64,000 nt of DNA from IMG/VR virus record IMGVR_UViG_3300009149_000012, positions 32,001-96,000 of that record; one strand, given 5' to 3'. This document shows positions 36,053-46,553 of the stretch, piece after piece (position 1 is the first letter of the stretch; the number at the start of each line of letters is the position of its first letter). The position numbers were made by a program, and so were the translations under genes. This stretch comes from a virus. Under the pieces are notes generated by a model, which saw nothing but the letters and a program-made list of their open reading frames with translations, was not told where the DNA came from and ran no database searches.

Positions 36053-38833
36053 TCACGATCCAAGGGCATACAAGCGACCCTTGAAAACGAGAATTTGGAC
36101 TTCCTCCGCTTTGAGTTCACGTCCGATTACCTGACTACAACGAGCCAAGTATTCCTTTTGATTCCCATGGGTTAGACCGCCCACAGCAACGATGGCTTTA
36201 TACAAGCGACCTTCACCGGCCAGCGACGCACGTTTGGTCATGGCGTCGACAGTCCGAGAAATCGCCAAAATGTCCCGACCCGTGAAATTGCCGGTCTTTG
36301 CGACCGCATTCCACCCACCGGACTTGTACAAGATCAGTCCAGCAAGGATCTTCCGGGACGCCTGGGCAGTGGGGGAAGCGCTCAACACGTAGTCAGCGAT
36401 CCCTTTCCACTGTTTTGACTTTTTGATTGCCGACTTGATCAGCGTGTCATTCTGGTTCTCACGAACGTCATGTACACGGTCGGCATCCTCTGAATTCATC
36501 TCTTCTCGGACTTCACGGACCGCCCGCTCACGAAGCGTATCCTTCAATTCCTTGACCACGGAATCCATCGGAGATTCAGGTTTGGCTTCCTGAGTTTCCG
36601 GATCGGCAGCGTCGTCAAAGTCAAAAGAATTGACCGGTGAGAATGTCCTCGGAATGACCACCGACGCTTGCTCGCCTGCAAGCTGATTCAACAGGTAGTC
36701 AATGTGATGTTGTCCCACCATCGAAGCGGCCTTACGCAGTGCGTTCGGGTCGATGCTTCGGTTGGTGTTGAACGCGATCTGAACCTTGTCTCCCACATTG
36801 GGGACCTGGGCTGGGGACAGAACGTTCCTGAGAACGGCACCGAGGAACGCCGGGTTCGCAACCCAGGACGCCTCAATGAACTTCACGCTCTTGGGGTCGC
36901 TCTTGTGCCCACAAAGCTCGGCGATCTTGCGCTGGATACCATTGGCATCCACGAAGGGCATCCCCTTGAAGTATCGGATATGCGGGCAGAGGGCCGATTC
37001 GTCGGCCGCAACGTTGCCGCACTTCGTACACTGCGTGTACTCCACAGTGCAGTTGGATACAGCCAATCCGTGAACCGTGTACGAATGGTCTTCCTCAACC
37101 TCTAGGTCATGAACCCACCCTTCATACTCGAACGGCTCGATCCCCTTAATCGGGAAGATCACCATGTCGTCGAGATTTCGAAGATTCTGGTTCTTGCGAC
37201 GTGTTCCTAGTACGGGGGCCTTGTCACAAACTGTTGTGAGACAGTCTGACGAGGACTGCGGAAAACACAAATTGAAGTGAGCCAGCTTGCCAGTCACTTC
37301 ATGACGACGAACTTCACCTCCAACCACAGCCTCCGAAATGGTTGCGGTCTTACCTCCAAACCGACATTCCATTCTAACGGGAATACCACACCGGATGGCA
37401 AGCATCTGAAGCTGACACACCAGGTCATAGGATGTCGTCGTACCCGTTGCATGCCCGGCTTGATGCTGGTTGCCATCCCCATTGATCCAGGCACCAAGAA
37501 TGTGACGCTGCACCTCAACGGGCCACCACATAGCCTCTGGGCTCAAGCGCTTGCGATGGGAATACTCCCCTCCATGCTGCAAAAACCATTGAACCATGTC
37601 ATGGCCCGTGGCATGAACTGTGGCCGTCGAACGTTCTGGTCGGTCCTGAATCCACGCTGGATTGGCTTCTGGAAATTCAGCAGCAAGAAGGTCTACCACT
37701 TCTTGAACGAACGTGTCGCGTTCGTCAGAGGAGAAGTTGAACTGTACCTCTGTGGGCTTGCCCTTATGCTTGAGGAAAGAGCCTTCTGCTAAGAAGTACC
37801 CCAAGAGACGGGCTCGCCCTTCAGACTCCCGTTCAATAGGGGCTTCGACGAGCTTGGGGAGACAGACATAGTCCCCAACCTGAAGCTCATCCGCACGCAC
37901 CTTCTCAACTTGAAGAGCCTTCAAGTCTTCCATCTTCTGTCGGCGGCGACGTGCTTCCCCCAATGAGTAGGTTCCATTCGGATTGAAGATTCGCTTGTCA
38001 TGACCAACTTTGAACCGTTTGGTCATGCGTCGAACAGAATCACGATCTGTCGAAGATAGTTTTTCCCCGCAACCACAGCCACAAGTCTTGGCCGCACGCA
38101 AAACATAGAATTCGTGAGTGTCCGTCACGCCGATAGAATCGGGCAACCCCACAACACTGATCCGGCGCATCCCCCAATGACCCTGTCGAATCTGCTTGTT
38201 GACAACCTCACGTGCTCGGCCCTTGTGCGTGAGAACCATCTCACCCGGCTGCACATCCTCAATGGGAATCCGCCGCCCATCTGACAAGGTAACAGGTGTT
38301 CCAGGCAGGAAACAACCCATCGAGAGGGTCTGAAGCTGGCCCGACGTGATCGCCTGAATGAGCGGGTGGAATCGCTTCTCAGTTGCAACCAGGATGTCGA
38401 CGTAGACAGACTCACCAATGTCCCTGGCGGCGGCATCGATGATCTTGCCCTTGGACAATTCAGGAATCTGAATGTGCTCGACATAGTTCTCGCCACCAAT
38501 GAAGGTGGGGAACGTCTGGAGCAACAGATCCCGCTCCCAGCAATCCTGGTTGTTGTTGATGTACTTCTCGGTCTCTGCCGAGATCAAGTAGTTCGAAAAC
38601 TTGCGGTTCACCTGGAACCCATCGACCATATGAATGCCGAGAGGCTCCGGGGACTCCTGCGTGTCCACCGACGCGATGATCGTGCAATGCGTCAACAAGT
38701 ATTGGTCAGGGTCATACCGAGGAAGCACGACATTGGATGCCGTTCGTGTCCCCCCCTTTGCCCTCTCCGTCCACTCACTGACTGAGGTGGAGGGGTTGAT
38801 CGTTTTTGCGTGAGCAAACCGTAGATGGGCCAT
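36053..38833 (-). CDS. prohead maturation protease precursor containing an intein
   Basis: N.N.D...NYVEH...GKIIDA...LSMG/C...CTKCGN...CPHI...FIEASWVANPAF..A pattern of HK97/herpes-fold phage proteases; upstream of the scaffold. Confidence 0.8.
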   Translation of the reverse strand: MAHLRFAHAKTINPSTSVSEWTERAKGGTRTASNVVLPRYDPDQYLLTHCTIIASVDTQESPEPLGIHMVDGFQVNRKFSNYLISAETEKYINNNQDCWERDLLLQTFPTFIGGENYVEHIQIPELSKGKIIDAAARDIGESVYVDILVATEKRFHPLIQAITSGQLQTLSMGCFLPGTPVTLSDGRRIPIEDVQPGEMVLTHKGRAREVVNKQIRQGHWGMRRISVVGLPDSIGVTDTHEFYVLRAAKTCGCGCGEKLSSTDRDSVRRMTKRFKVGHDKRIFNPNGTYSLGEARRRRQKMEDLKALQVEKVRADELQVGDYVCLPKLVEAPIERESEGRARLLGYFLAEGSFLKHKGKPTEVQFNFSSDERDTFVQEVVDLLAAEFPEANPAWIQDRPERSTATVHATGHDMVQWFLQHGGEYSHRKRLSPEAMWWPVEVQRHILGAWINGDGNQHQAGHATGTTTSYDLVCQLQMLAIRCGIPVRMECRFGGKTATISEAVVGGEVRRHEVTGKLAHFNLCFPQSSSDCLTTVCDKAPVLGTRRKNQNLRNLDDMVIFPIKGIEPFEYEGWVHDLEVEEDHSYTVHGLAVSNCTVEYTQCTKCGNVAADESALCPHIRYFKGMPFVDANGIQRKIAELCGHKSDPKSVKFIEASWVANPAFLGAVLRNVLSPAQVPNVGDKVQIAFNTNRSIDPNALRKAASMVGQHHIDYLLNQLAGEQASVVIPRTFSPVNSFDFDDAADPETQEAKPESPMDSVVKELKDTLRERAVREVREEMNSEDADRVHDVRENQNDTLIKSAIKKSKQWKGIADYVLSASPTAQASRKILAGLILYKSGGWNAVAKTGNFTGRDILAISRTVDAMTKRASLAGEGRLYKAIVAVGGLTHGNQKEYLARCSQVIGRELKAEEVQILVFKGRLYALGS
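37052..38314 (-). mobile_element. LAGLIDADG-containing intein (421 aa) in the prohead protease
   Basis: CFLPGTPV start, TDTHEF block B, LLGYFLAEG and ILGAWINGDG, VHDLEVEEDHSY...VSN/C. Confidence 0.93.
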
Positions 38834-38837
38834 CCGA

Positions 38838-39632
38838 CTAGCTCCTGTATCGACGTGCGATCCGGAAGCTGAGTCGATCGAGGCGGGGCTTGTTCAGAGC
38901 CGCCTCGAACATCCGGTAGCCCAGCCAAGGATTCGTTTTGATTTGCTCGGAGGCTTGCTTGAGCTTCGCCAAAACGATCTGATCGAAGGGAACCTCTTCC
39001 ACGGCGCCACCGGCCGGAACGGATTCCAAGATCGTTTGCTCGATGTCCTGAATGAATCGGCGCATCTCTCGACGGGCCTTGTCGAACACCGGGGGGCTCA
39101 TCTTGAGACCACGAGACACCTGGTACAGGTTGTCCATGATCAATTCGAGGCTGATCCCAAGGATAGCAACGTCTTGGGGCTCCATCGCTTCCACCATCTT
39201 GAGGTGCTGCATGCTGTCGATGACCGCTGCGGCGCCCTCACGCATCCCTTTGAGCCCCAAGGTCACATGACTGTTTGGACTTGGGATCTTCGCCCGGGGG
39301 CCCTGAGCGAATTCCTTGTAGGCCGAGACAGCCGAAGTGACGGCGTTGAGGGAGACGATGTCCATCCCCAACCCCAACCTCGCCATGTCGTAGATGTAAC
39401 CTACGGATTCCTCGAATTGATTCAGAAACGCCATGAACGACGGCGCATCCTTTTGGCGCTTGAACACGCCATACGCCGCCGAAGTGTCGTAGGCGCTCTT
39501 TTTCAGAAGGATGGCAGCCCTCACGAGCCGCTCCGTCGATTTCAAGTCGAATTCAGGCAGCGCACTCGCCATCCGATACGCAGCGTTATGGTCGACAGAG
39601 GCGACTCGAAGGGCTTCCTGCAACATTACCAC
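38838..39632 (-). CDS. putative internal head protein
   Basis: Helical; RVAS and RMAS motifs; C-terminal FRIARRY. Confidence 0.7.
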   Translation of the reverse strand: MVMLQEALRVASVDHNAAYRMASALPEFDLKSTERLVRAAILLKKSAYDTSAAYGVFKRQKDAPSFMAFLNQFEESVGYIYDMARLGLGMDIVSLNAVTSAVSAYKEFAQGPRAKIPSPNSHVTLGLKGMREGAAAVIDSMQHLKMVEAMEPQDVAILGISLELIMDNLYQVSRGLKMSPPVFDKARREMRRFIQDIEQTILESVPAGGAVEEVPFDQIVLAKLKQASEQIKTNPWLGYRMFEAALNKPRLDRLSFRIARRYRS

Positions 39633-40357
39633 TCCACGGCTTGCCCGTCAGGGCCCACAAAATTGGTCTGCTTGACCAGGTGCATGTCCTTGGGACACGC
39701 AAACAAACGAGCGCGTCGACCCTCATCCATCTTGTAGATGGTCTTGCGCATGGGGGTTCCACACTTGGGACAGTTGGGACGGCGAGACTTCAGTTCCGTT
39801 TTTGTGCAGCGGTACTGTCGTCCTTCCGAAACCCAATAAGCTGCGGTCTTAGCAGTTCGGGTGCTTTCCCGAACCGCTTGCTGGATCATGACGTCCACCG
39901 TGTTCGTAGCGAACAGATAAAACTTGGCAACCTCATCACGAAGCGCCTCATCTCCCCAGTTTTGACCCGCATAGCGGTGCCACATCTCATCGTACGCTGC
40001 GATCTCGGTCTGTTGCTTCGCCCACATCCCAGACAGTTCCTTGTAGAACTCAGGGGGAACCGCCTGCGTGTTCCACACAGAAGTGGACGCTTTGTGCGTT
40101 GCATCCCACCCGGGGTAGTACGAGAAGTCGGTTGCCGGGGGCAGATACAACGAGAACTGAGGATTGACCTTGACGAGATCTTCCGGCGACTCACGCGAAT
40201 TGCCGTAGGGCCACTGCACATCGACGAAGCCGATGCCCGGAAGAACTGCTGTTACACGGCCCACAAAAGGCGAAAGCGCGCAGTACGTTGGAGCGTACTT
40301 TTGCACGATGTCGCCGAGACCGAAGCTTTTCGCCAAGTCCCAGTAATCGATTGCCAC
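39626..40357 (-). CDS. head-cluster protein with an SH3-like N-terminus and C-terminal zinc ribbon
   Basis: GDIVQK...GRVTAV..GIGFVDVQWP; CPKCG...CPKD. Confidence 0.7.
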   Translation of the reverse strand: MAIDYWDLAKSFGLGDIVQKYAPTYCALSPFVGRVTAVLPGIGFVDVQWPYGNSRESPEDLVKVNPQFSLYLPPATDFSYYPGWDATHKASTSVWNTQAVPPEFYKELSGMWAKQQTEIAAYDEMWHRYAGQNWGDEALRDEVAKFYLFATNTVDVMIQQAVRESTRTAKTAAYWVSEGRQYRCTKTELKSRRPNCPKCGTPMRKTIYKMDEGRRARLFACPKDMHLVKQTNFVGPDGQAVEW

Positions 40358-40376
40358 CGGGAACCTCCTTAGCCGA

Positions 40377-43300
40377 CTATTTGTGGCCGGGAGCGAGCGG
40401 ACGACCAGTCGTCGATTCGCCGTGGATCACACCAGAGGTGTCGTCGTCGGCGTATGCACGCATGTACGGCTCGTCGGCATCGGTCTGCTTGGGGTCGGAC
40501 GGGCCGTTGAACGTGTCCATGTACGGCTCGTCGCCTTCACGCTTGATCACTTCGGCTTGACGAAGCTCGAAGGATTCCTTGCCGTAGGTCGTGATCTCGA
40601 TATCGTCGAGGGAACGATCGAGGGCGTTGACGATGGCCTTGGCATCCTCGAAGGGGATACCCCACTCTTCCTGCTTTGCTTGGATCGTCTTCGCAACCCG
40701 ATCAATTCGGTTCAGGATGAGATCCGTGGCTTGCTTTGTCTCTGCGGAAACCTTGGGGGTCGACATGTCTTCACTCCGTATTGTGGCGGGCTGCCGTCCT
40801 ACATGCCCATCATCATCAAAAGATTGTTGCTGACTTGACTCTCGAATGGTCACCAAGGTCTCCCCTTCTGGGAAACCGGCAAGCTGAGCCAACAATGAAT
40901 TGTAAAGCGACGGGTGTACAGCACGGGCATACGCACCGCCATTTGTCGTGGCGATAGCGAAATCTAGAACGGCTCGAAGCTGAGCATCACGCACGGTGCC
41001 CTCTGTCGCCTTCATGGTGGGCTCTTTGAGCCACTCCTGAGACGCAGACAAGATTGTCTCTTGGTCAGCGAGCGTGAGATCATGCTGACTGACTTGACGC
41101 CAGTCAGGATATGGCTCGACGGCCTCGGGCTCGACGCCATGATACAGTGCGCGTTTCATCTCCAAACCCATGGAATAAGTAAAAGATGATTTTGAACGAG
41201 GCGGTTTTGGAGCCTCTGGCTTGGGTGGCGGTTCTTTGAGCTTGGGCTTCGGAGGCTTCTTTCCCCCTGTTTCCCGATAACCACCCTCTTGGGCCTTGAG
41301 CTTGTCCTGGTACTCTTTCTTGGTGACTTCATTTTCCTTGCGGACCTTCGCCACCTCGACTTCGTACTTTTTCAGCGCCTTCTCATACTGCTTTTTGGCC
41401 TTCTCGTACTGCTTCGTCTTTTTGGGTAAAACAGTGGACTCATGCTTGTCGAGCCGAGCCTTCACCTTTTCGTACTTTTCCGGAGTCAGGGTCTTGAGGC
41501 GGTCGAGCACCCGTTGTTGAAAAAGTCGCGCGACGTTACGTCCACGGGAATCCTCTGGATACTGATCGGCCCGCTCTTCCAACCACTCGCCCGCTCGAAC
41601 GAGCCCTGTGGAGATTGTCTCTGGGCTGTCGTGTTCCGAGACGCCCTGAGGCCCAAGGAACTTCTGCTTGGCCGATTGGTAGTCCCGGGCCTGAAGCGCC
41701 GCTGCCGCCAGCGACTGGGCAGCAGGGTCCCCTTCTAGGTGGTCGAGGATCCCATTGACGGCTTTGTTCGTCAGGGGGGTTTTGGTGGGGCCCTGTGAGA
41801 TCACCTCGGTGAACAGGCGGTCCCCTTCCTTCGCCGCCTCTTGCGCACGCTGTTCATCGCTCTGTCCCTGGTTCTTTTTCAGATGGAACGTAGCGATGGT
41901 GCGGGCGACATCGTCATTGCCAACATCCGAGAACCTCTGTGACACGAGCATCTGAGCAACCAAGCTCTTCATGGCGGTCTGCTGTTGATGCACGCGCCAA
42001 GCCTCAGCTTGCTCTTGCGGGGGGAGCTTCTCGTAAGGGACTTCTTTCCCACCCTTGAGGACTGTCTTCGGGGGGCTGATCTTGCCGGGATTCGTCTGGT
42101 ATTCCTCCCCAGCCTTTTCAAGGAATGTGTCCTGCTCCAAGTCCGACCACTCAGACGACTCTTTTTTCAACTGTTCGTACTGTTCAATGACCGCCTTGGC
42201 CTCTTCCGGATGCATGTCCTGGTCGAAGAACCCCCGCAGCATGTGCGCCGGGAGGTTGTCGGTGAGCATCTGGGTCGTCTTAGCCTGTTCTTGCTCTGAA
42301 GGGGGCTTGCGCTTGACTGGGGCCTTGAACATCCCGGTGGCGACAGACAGTAGATCCCCCATGCTGTGCAAGTCTTTGGGAAGCTTGCCCTTCAACTCCG
42401 GGATGAGCTTGGCTGGGTCCGCAAGCTCGATGTCCTTCTCCTCTAGAAGTCGCTTCGAAAGCTCGCTTTCAGGATCGGCAAGATCCTCCAAAACTTTCCG
42501 AACTTCAGGATCCTTTTTCCCTAGGTCCCGAAGCACCTTGGAGTGACCCGTCGAGCGGGACTGTTGTTCGAACTTCTTACGCCACTCGGTTTGCATCTCA
42601 GGCGAAAGCTCAGCGAACGGCACCTTTTCTTTCGACTCATTCACAAACAGAAGGCTGCCATCGGGATCCGTTGAAACGGTACGATCCGAATCGGCGAATT
42701 CAGCAAACTCTTTGCTCTCGACCGCTCCACCATCCACCCACGCCTTCGTCTGAACATGCTCTTTCTTGGCTTGTTCAGGCTTAGCCTTGGGCTTCGGTTC
42801 GGGCTGCGGTTCAGGCTGCGGTTCGGGCTTTGCCTCTTCCGGTGCCTTCTCGGGCTCGGGCTCTTTGGCAGGCGCTTCCTTCTCGGGTTCCGGTGCCTTT
42901 TCCTCAGGCTTCGGTTTGGGCTCGGTGGATTGCTCGGGTTCGGGCTCCTTAGAAGGAACATCAAACCGATCCACCTCTTCCTTTGGCGCTTCTGCCTCAG
43001 GCGTCTCTTGTTCGGGCTTCTCGGGCTTGGCCGGTTGTTCTTCCGGTTGCTCGGGCTCGGGCTTCTCGGCCTTCTCAGGCTTAGCCGGTTGCTCGGGCTT
43101 CGCCTCAGGGGTTGGCTCGGGTTTGGGCTCGGGCTTTGGTTCTAGGGTTGGCTTGGGCTCCGGGGTTGGCTCCGGAGCGGGCTTGGGCTTGGGCCGATTG
43201 AGAACCGCTTCCTGAAGATCACCTAGCGTCTCGACTCCGGGAGGAAACGCCGTGCCAGGATACACGTTCTCCAACTTGAGTTCCGGACGCGCCTTGGCTT

Positions 43301-43769
43301 TCGAACCGTCGCTGAAAGGATTGGTCGTGTCCGAGATACCCTCAAGAATCCCCTTCAGAGAGGGGTCCTTTGCCTCCAACTCGTCAAGTGCCTTGGAATG
43401 GTCAGGCTTCTCTGTGTCGCCGCCCTCATCCCCACCTTGATCCTTGTAGGGTTCATAGATGTCGGACTTGCTCCTGAGCGTCTCAGGGCTGACAAGAACG
43501 CGTTCCTTGTCTTTCTTGTTCCACGCTGGAACACGCTTGTCCAGACTCTTACCCTCCAACCAACGGCGGGCTACATTACCCCCGATGGTCTTGTAATTGA
43601 GGGAGAGATCAGGATCCCCATTCAGGTCAGGATCCTTCTCATCGTCAGGATTATCCATACGCTCACGCCGCCGATCGCGACGTGGGGGCTTTTTCTTAGG
43701 AGCCGGCCGTACAAGTCGGTCGGATTCCTCCTGTTCCCGCTCGTACGGATCTTTGGTAGCAACACGCAT
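40377..43769 (-). CDS. large Pro/Glu/Lys-rich putative internal head protein
   Basis: 1130 aa immediately downstream of the portal; PEPK low-complexity linker; possible internal starts. Confidence 0.75.
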   Translation of the reverse strand: MRVATKDPYEREQEESDRLVRPAPKKKPPRRDRRRERMDNPDDEKDPDLNGDPDLSLNYKTIGGNVARRWLEGKSLDKRVPAWNKKDKERVLVSPETLRSKSDIYEPYKDQGGDEGGDTEKPDHSKALDELEAKDPSLKGILEGISDTTNPFSDGSKAKARPELKLENVYPGTAFPPGVETLGDLQEAVLNRPKPKPAPEPTPEPKPTLEPKPEPKPEPTPEAKPEQPAKPEKAEKPEPEQPEEQPAKPEKPEQETPEAEAPKEEVDRFDVPSKEPEPEQSTEPKPKPEEKAPEPEKEAPAKEPEPEKAPEEAKPEPQPEPQPEPKPKAKPEQAKKEHVQTKAWVDGGAVESKEFAEFADSDRTVSTDPDGSLLFVNESKEKVPFAELSPEMQTEWRKKFEQQSRSTGHSKVLRDLGKKDPEVRKVLEDLADPESELSKRLLEEKDIELADPAKLIPELKGKLPKDLHSMGDLLSVATGMFKAPVKRKPPSEQEQAKTTQMLTDNLPAHMLRGFFDQDMHPEEAKAVIEQYEQLKKESSEWSDLEQDTFLEKAGEEYQTNPGKISPPKTVLKGGKEVPYEKLPPQEQAEAWRVHQQQTAMKSLVAQMLVSQRFSDVGNDDVARTIATFHLKKNQGQSDEQRAQEAAKEGDRLFTEVISQGPTKTPLTNKAVNGILDHLEGDPAAQSLAAAALQARDYQSAKQKFLGPQGVSEHDSPETISTGLVRAGEWLEERADQYPEDSRGRNVARLFQQRVLDRLKTLTPEKYEKVKARLDKHESTVLPKKTKQYEKAKKQYEKALKKYEVEVAKVRKENEVTKKEYQDKLKAQEGGYRETGGKKPPKPKLKEPPPKPEAPKPPRSKSSFTYSMGLEMKRALYHGVEPEAVEPYPDWRQVSQHDLTLADQETILSASQEWLKEPTMKATEGTVRDAQLRAVLDFAIATTNGGAYARAVHPSLYNSLLAQLAGFPEGETLVTIRESSQQQSFDDDGHVGRQPATIRSEDMSTPKVSAETKQATDLILNRIDRVAKTIQAKQEEWGIPFEDAKAIVNALDRSLDDIEITTYGKESFELRQAEVIKREGDEPYMDTFNGPSDPKQTDADEPYMRAYADDDTSGVIHGESTTGRPLAPGHK
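42770..43195 (-). repeat. coding low-complexity PEPK/PEK repeats
   Basis: Repeated CCCGAGCC/AAGCCCGAG units. Confidence 0.75.
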
Positions 43770-43789
43770 CGTCTCTAGTCAGGATATAA

Positions 43790-45613
43790 CTAGAATCGGC
43801 CACCGCCGCCTTCGTCGCCACCAGGCTTCGTTCGAAGCTTGAGGTACTGGCCGATGCGTTCTGTGACATCCGTGCTCGTGACGATCTCGCGCCCAACCTC
43901 GCTGTAAATGCTGCGCATGCACTCGTTGAAGGTCGCGTCGTTGATCGTGAACATGTCGTTCTGAAGCTTTTCTGTCGTGTCGGCCGGGTCGATGTTGAAC
44001 ATCTCCAAGATGACGTCGATCGAAACGCTGCCCTTCTGGTACAGGTTGAACAACGCATCGTAGGTGTCCTGGCTGTCACGAAGGGGCAGGCGGGTGAAGC
44101 TGAGGCGGGGGTACAACACAACCTCTTGGCCCCACTCATCCTCTTCCACGAAGCCCTTGCGGCGAGCAACAGGAATGAAGAGAGCTTCCTCGACCATCTC
44201 TTGCAAGACTTCTCGCAGGAACAGGTACCGGGTGTTGATGACTTCCAGCTTGAGCCGGTCACCACTGAACAGAGCTTCGCCGCTCATGAGGCTTTCGGTC
44301 GTGCCAAGCCCAGCGAGCATCTGACGCTCGGTCATCTCGTATTCGCTCGACAGGTCAAGCAAACGATCCCGGGCGCCCATCTCTTCCCACCGCACCTCAT
44401 AGTTGGTGACGATGGAATAGTCAGGATCCACCAAGGCAAGGTCGACTTGCTCTCGAAGGGCTTCAACGTCATCTTCGGCCAGCCCCTCACCCGAAACGAG
44501 CCGCTTGGGGGTCATGGCCCGGCTGGCGATCTGTGTCTGTGCCTGGCGCAGCTTGTCTCGGTAGTACAGGGTCCTCAAAAGGCGATCTAGGATGCTGATT
44601 CCGTAGTCCTCGTTGACGTCCCGATGCGCTGCCAGATGGTAGACGAACGAGCCTTCGTCAGGATCCGTCCCAAGCGGGACCATCTGACCGGCTTCGATGT
44701 ACTCACGCACCTCATCTGGAATCATCGCTGCCATCTCGGCGGCGGCTGGGTCTCCCTGCTTGGCCCGCTCGATGATCTCACGATCGCGTGACGACGGAAT
44801 CAACTCGACCCGGACCTTGTCCGAGAAGCTCATCCCAGTCACACGGACCTGGTCAATCGGCAGAATGACGAGACGGTCGAGACCTTGGTAGTGCTTCTGG
44901 TAATAGGAAAGCTCTTGGCTCTCTCTGTCGGACCGTTCTTCCCACTGCACAGCGGCTTGCTCGACTGGGACCCCCTCATCCGTCAGGTAGGAGTGCACGA
45001 CACGCTTGGCGTCGTAGCCAATCTCCGGGGGCACTTCGACGTCAGAGTCCTCTGCGAACACGAACACGCTGCCATCGAGCCAGTAGTGGTGGGTCGATTG
45101 GATGAGGCGCCGGAACAGCTTGACCCTTTTGCACATCCGCTCGAACCACGACAGGATGTACTTGCCGTAATCGTCAGGGCTCTTGAAGCCCTCTGGGCAT
45201 GTGCGGGGCCGGGGGGCTGCCAAACGCACCTTCGAAAGCGGCAACTCCGTGTGAAGGTCGATGGCCTGCCCAACGAGCGGGTCGTAGCGGTAGAAGTGGC
45301 GGTAGATCTCACGCTTCTCGCGCAAGGTCTGCGGCAATTCGAGGAAGTCCGTCGAAAGCTGGACGCTGAAGAAGTTTTGGTGTTGCGACTGCATCGTGTT
45401 GCCGCCGAACCCACCACCAAATCCGCCACCACCGGACGCATAGCCGCTGCTACCGGAGAAGCTTCCCGGCAAACAACCTGAAGCCGTCCGAGCCTCTCGG
45501 CGAGCACGGCGTTCTTTTTCAGTGAGATTCCCGCTTTTTGAGTTCGAAATGTACGGGGTAGAACGTGTCGTTCCCCACGCATAGGGGTTTCGAACATTGG
45601 TGAAGTCAGGCAT
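43790..45613 (-). CDS. portal protein
   Basis: RHFYRYDPLVGQAIDLH, YWLDGSVF, YGISIL.R, GLG..ESL.SGE motifs; between terminase and head genes. Confidence 0.85.
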   Translation of the reverse strand: MPDFTNVRNPYAWGTTRSTPYISNSKSGNLTEKERRARREARTASGCLPGSFSGSSGYASGGGGFGGGFGGNTMQSQHQNFFSVQLSTDFLELPQTLREKREIYRHFYRYDPLVGQAIDLHTELPLSKVRLAAPRPRTCPEGFKSPDDYGKYILSWFERMCKRVKLFRRLIQSTHHYWLDGSVFVFAEDSDVEVPPEIGYDAKRVVHSYLTDEGVPVEQAAVQWEERSDRESQELSYYQKHYQGLDRLVILPIDQVRVTGMSFSDKVRVELIPSSRDREIIERAKQGDPAAAEMAAMIPDEVREYIEAGQMVPLGTDPDEGSFVYHLAAHRDVNEDYGISILDRLLRTLYYRDKLRQAQTQIASRAMTPKRLVSGEGLAEDDVEALREQVDLALVDPDYSIVTNYEVRWEEMGARDRLLDLSSEYEMTERQMLAGLGTTESLMSGEALFSGDRLKLEVINTRYLFLREVLQEMVEEALFIPVARRKGFVEEDEWGQEVVLYPRLSFTRLPLRDSQDTYDALFNLYQKGSVSIDVILEMFNIDPADTTEKLQNDMFTINDATFNECMRSIYSEVGREIVTSTDVTERIGQYLKLRTKPGGDEGGGGRF

Positions 45614-46016
45614 CGATCACCTCTCCATAGACCGCCTGGAAGTCCTCTGTAGCATTCGCAACAGTAGTTCCTCCATACTGAAGGCTCGGGCGGCGGGATC
45701 GGATCTCTTGAGCCTCTTGGTCTCGTTGCTCTTGTGCCGCTCGCTCCCGCTCCACACGCTCCTGAGCCTCACGCTCTTGCCGCTGGCGAACCAAGATCCG
45801 ATCGCTCGATGCCGCCCTCACCATCCCACGCTGAATGGCCCCACTGAAGCGGAGCCACGCATTTGCATAGGCGATGTCGAGGCGACCACCCTCCCGGTTC
45901 CGCCGAGCTTGACGTGCCAAAATTGTCGTCAACTCGAAGAGCCGTTGGACGTGTGCGGTGATCTGTTGGCGGGTCGAGAGAATCTCCGCATGGAGTTCCT
46001 CTGACGACATGCTCAT
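45606..46016 (-). CDS. coiled-coil hypothetical protein
   Basis: Start near MSMSSEELHAEIL; stop overlaps the portal start. Confidence 0.6.
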   Translation of the reverse strand: MSMSSEELHAEILSTRQQITAHVQRLFELTTILARQARRNREGGRLDIAYANAWLRFSGAIQRGMVRAASSDRILVRQRQEREAQERVERERAAQEQRDQEAQEIRSRRPSLQYGGTTVANATEDFQAVYGEVIDA

Positions 46017-46030
46017 AGGATTGCGTGTAC

Positions 46031-46545
46031 TCACAGAATTGCCTGTACTCCCAAGTATTGACTGTTGTTCGGCTTGGGAAGCTGGGCAACCCACCCGCAG
46101 TGCTCGGCGGGATCTGGCAAGCCAGCAAGAGTCCGCTCGTTTTCGATCGTCCACAGCCCTCGAAGAGACTGGTACATTGGGGCGTTCGGGAAGTAGTTGA
46201 TGGGGATGAGAGGCCCACCGCCCGTCCGAGACGCCCACGTAAATTGCTCGTAGGAAGATGTCGAGATGATGTTGCCGCCGATGAACATGACAGCGAACTG
46301 GTAAACCAGTTGGTTGCGAGTCATCGCCGTGAACTGGTCTGCCGACTCATCGGACCCCCACAGAAGGAAGCCGCCGAAGTGACCGTTTCCGTAATCCACC
46401 ACGAGATCATCGGTACCAGTGTCGACCCAACGCACGCCTTGACCACCCGCCCAGCCGCCATTGAGCATTGCCTGGAAACCGTCACGGTGATCGAATCCCC
46501 TTTTTGGAAGAGGATGCAGTCTCGGCTTCGAAGAATTTCAGGCAT
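46031..46545 (-). pseudogene. decoration-like protein paralog split by a -1 frameshift near 46473-46478
   Basis: MPEILRSRDCILFQKGDSITVTVS joined to QAMLNGGWAGGQGV aligns without gaps to 46554..47084. Confidence 0.65.
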
Positions 46546-46553
46546 TGGCTACC

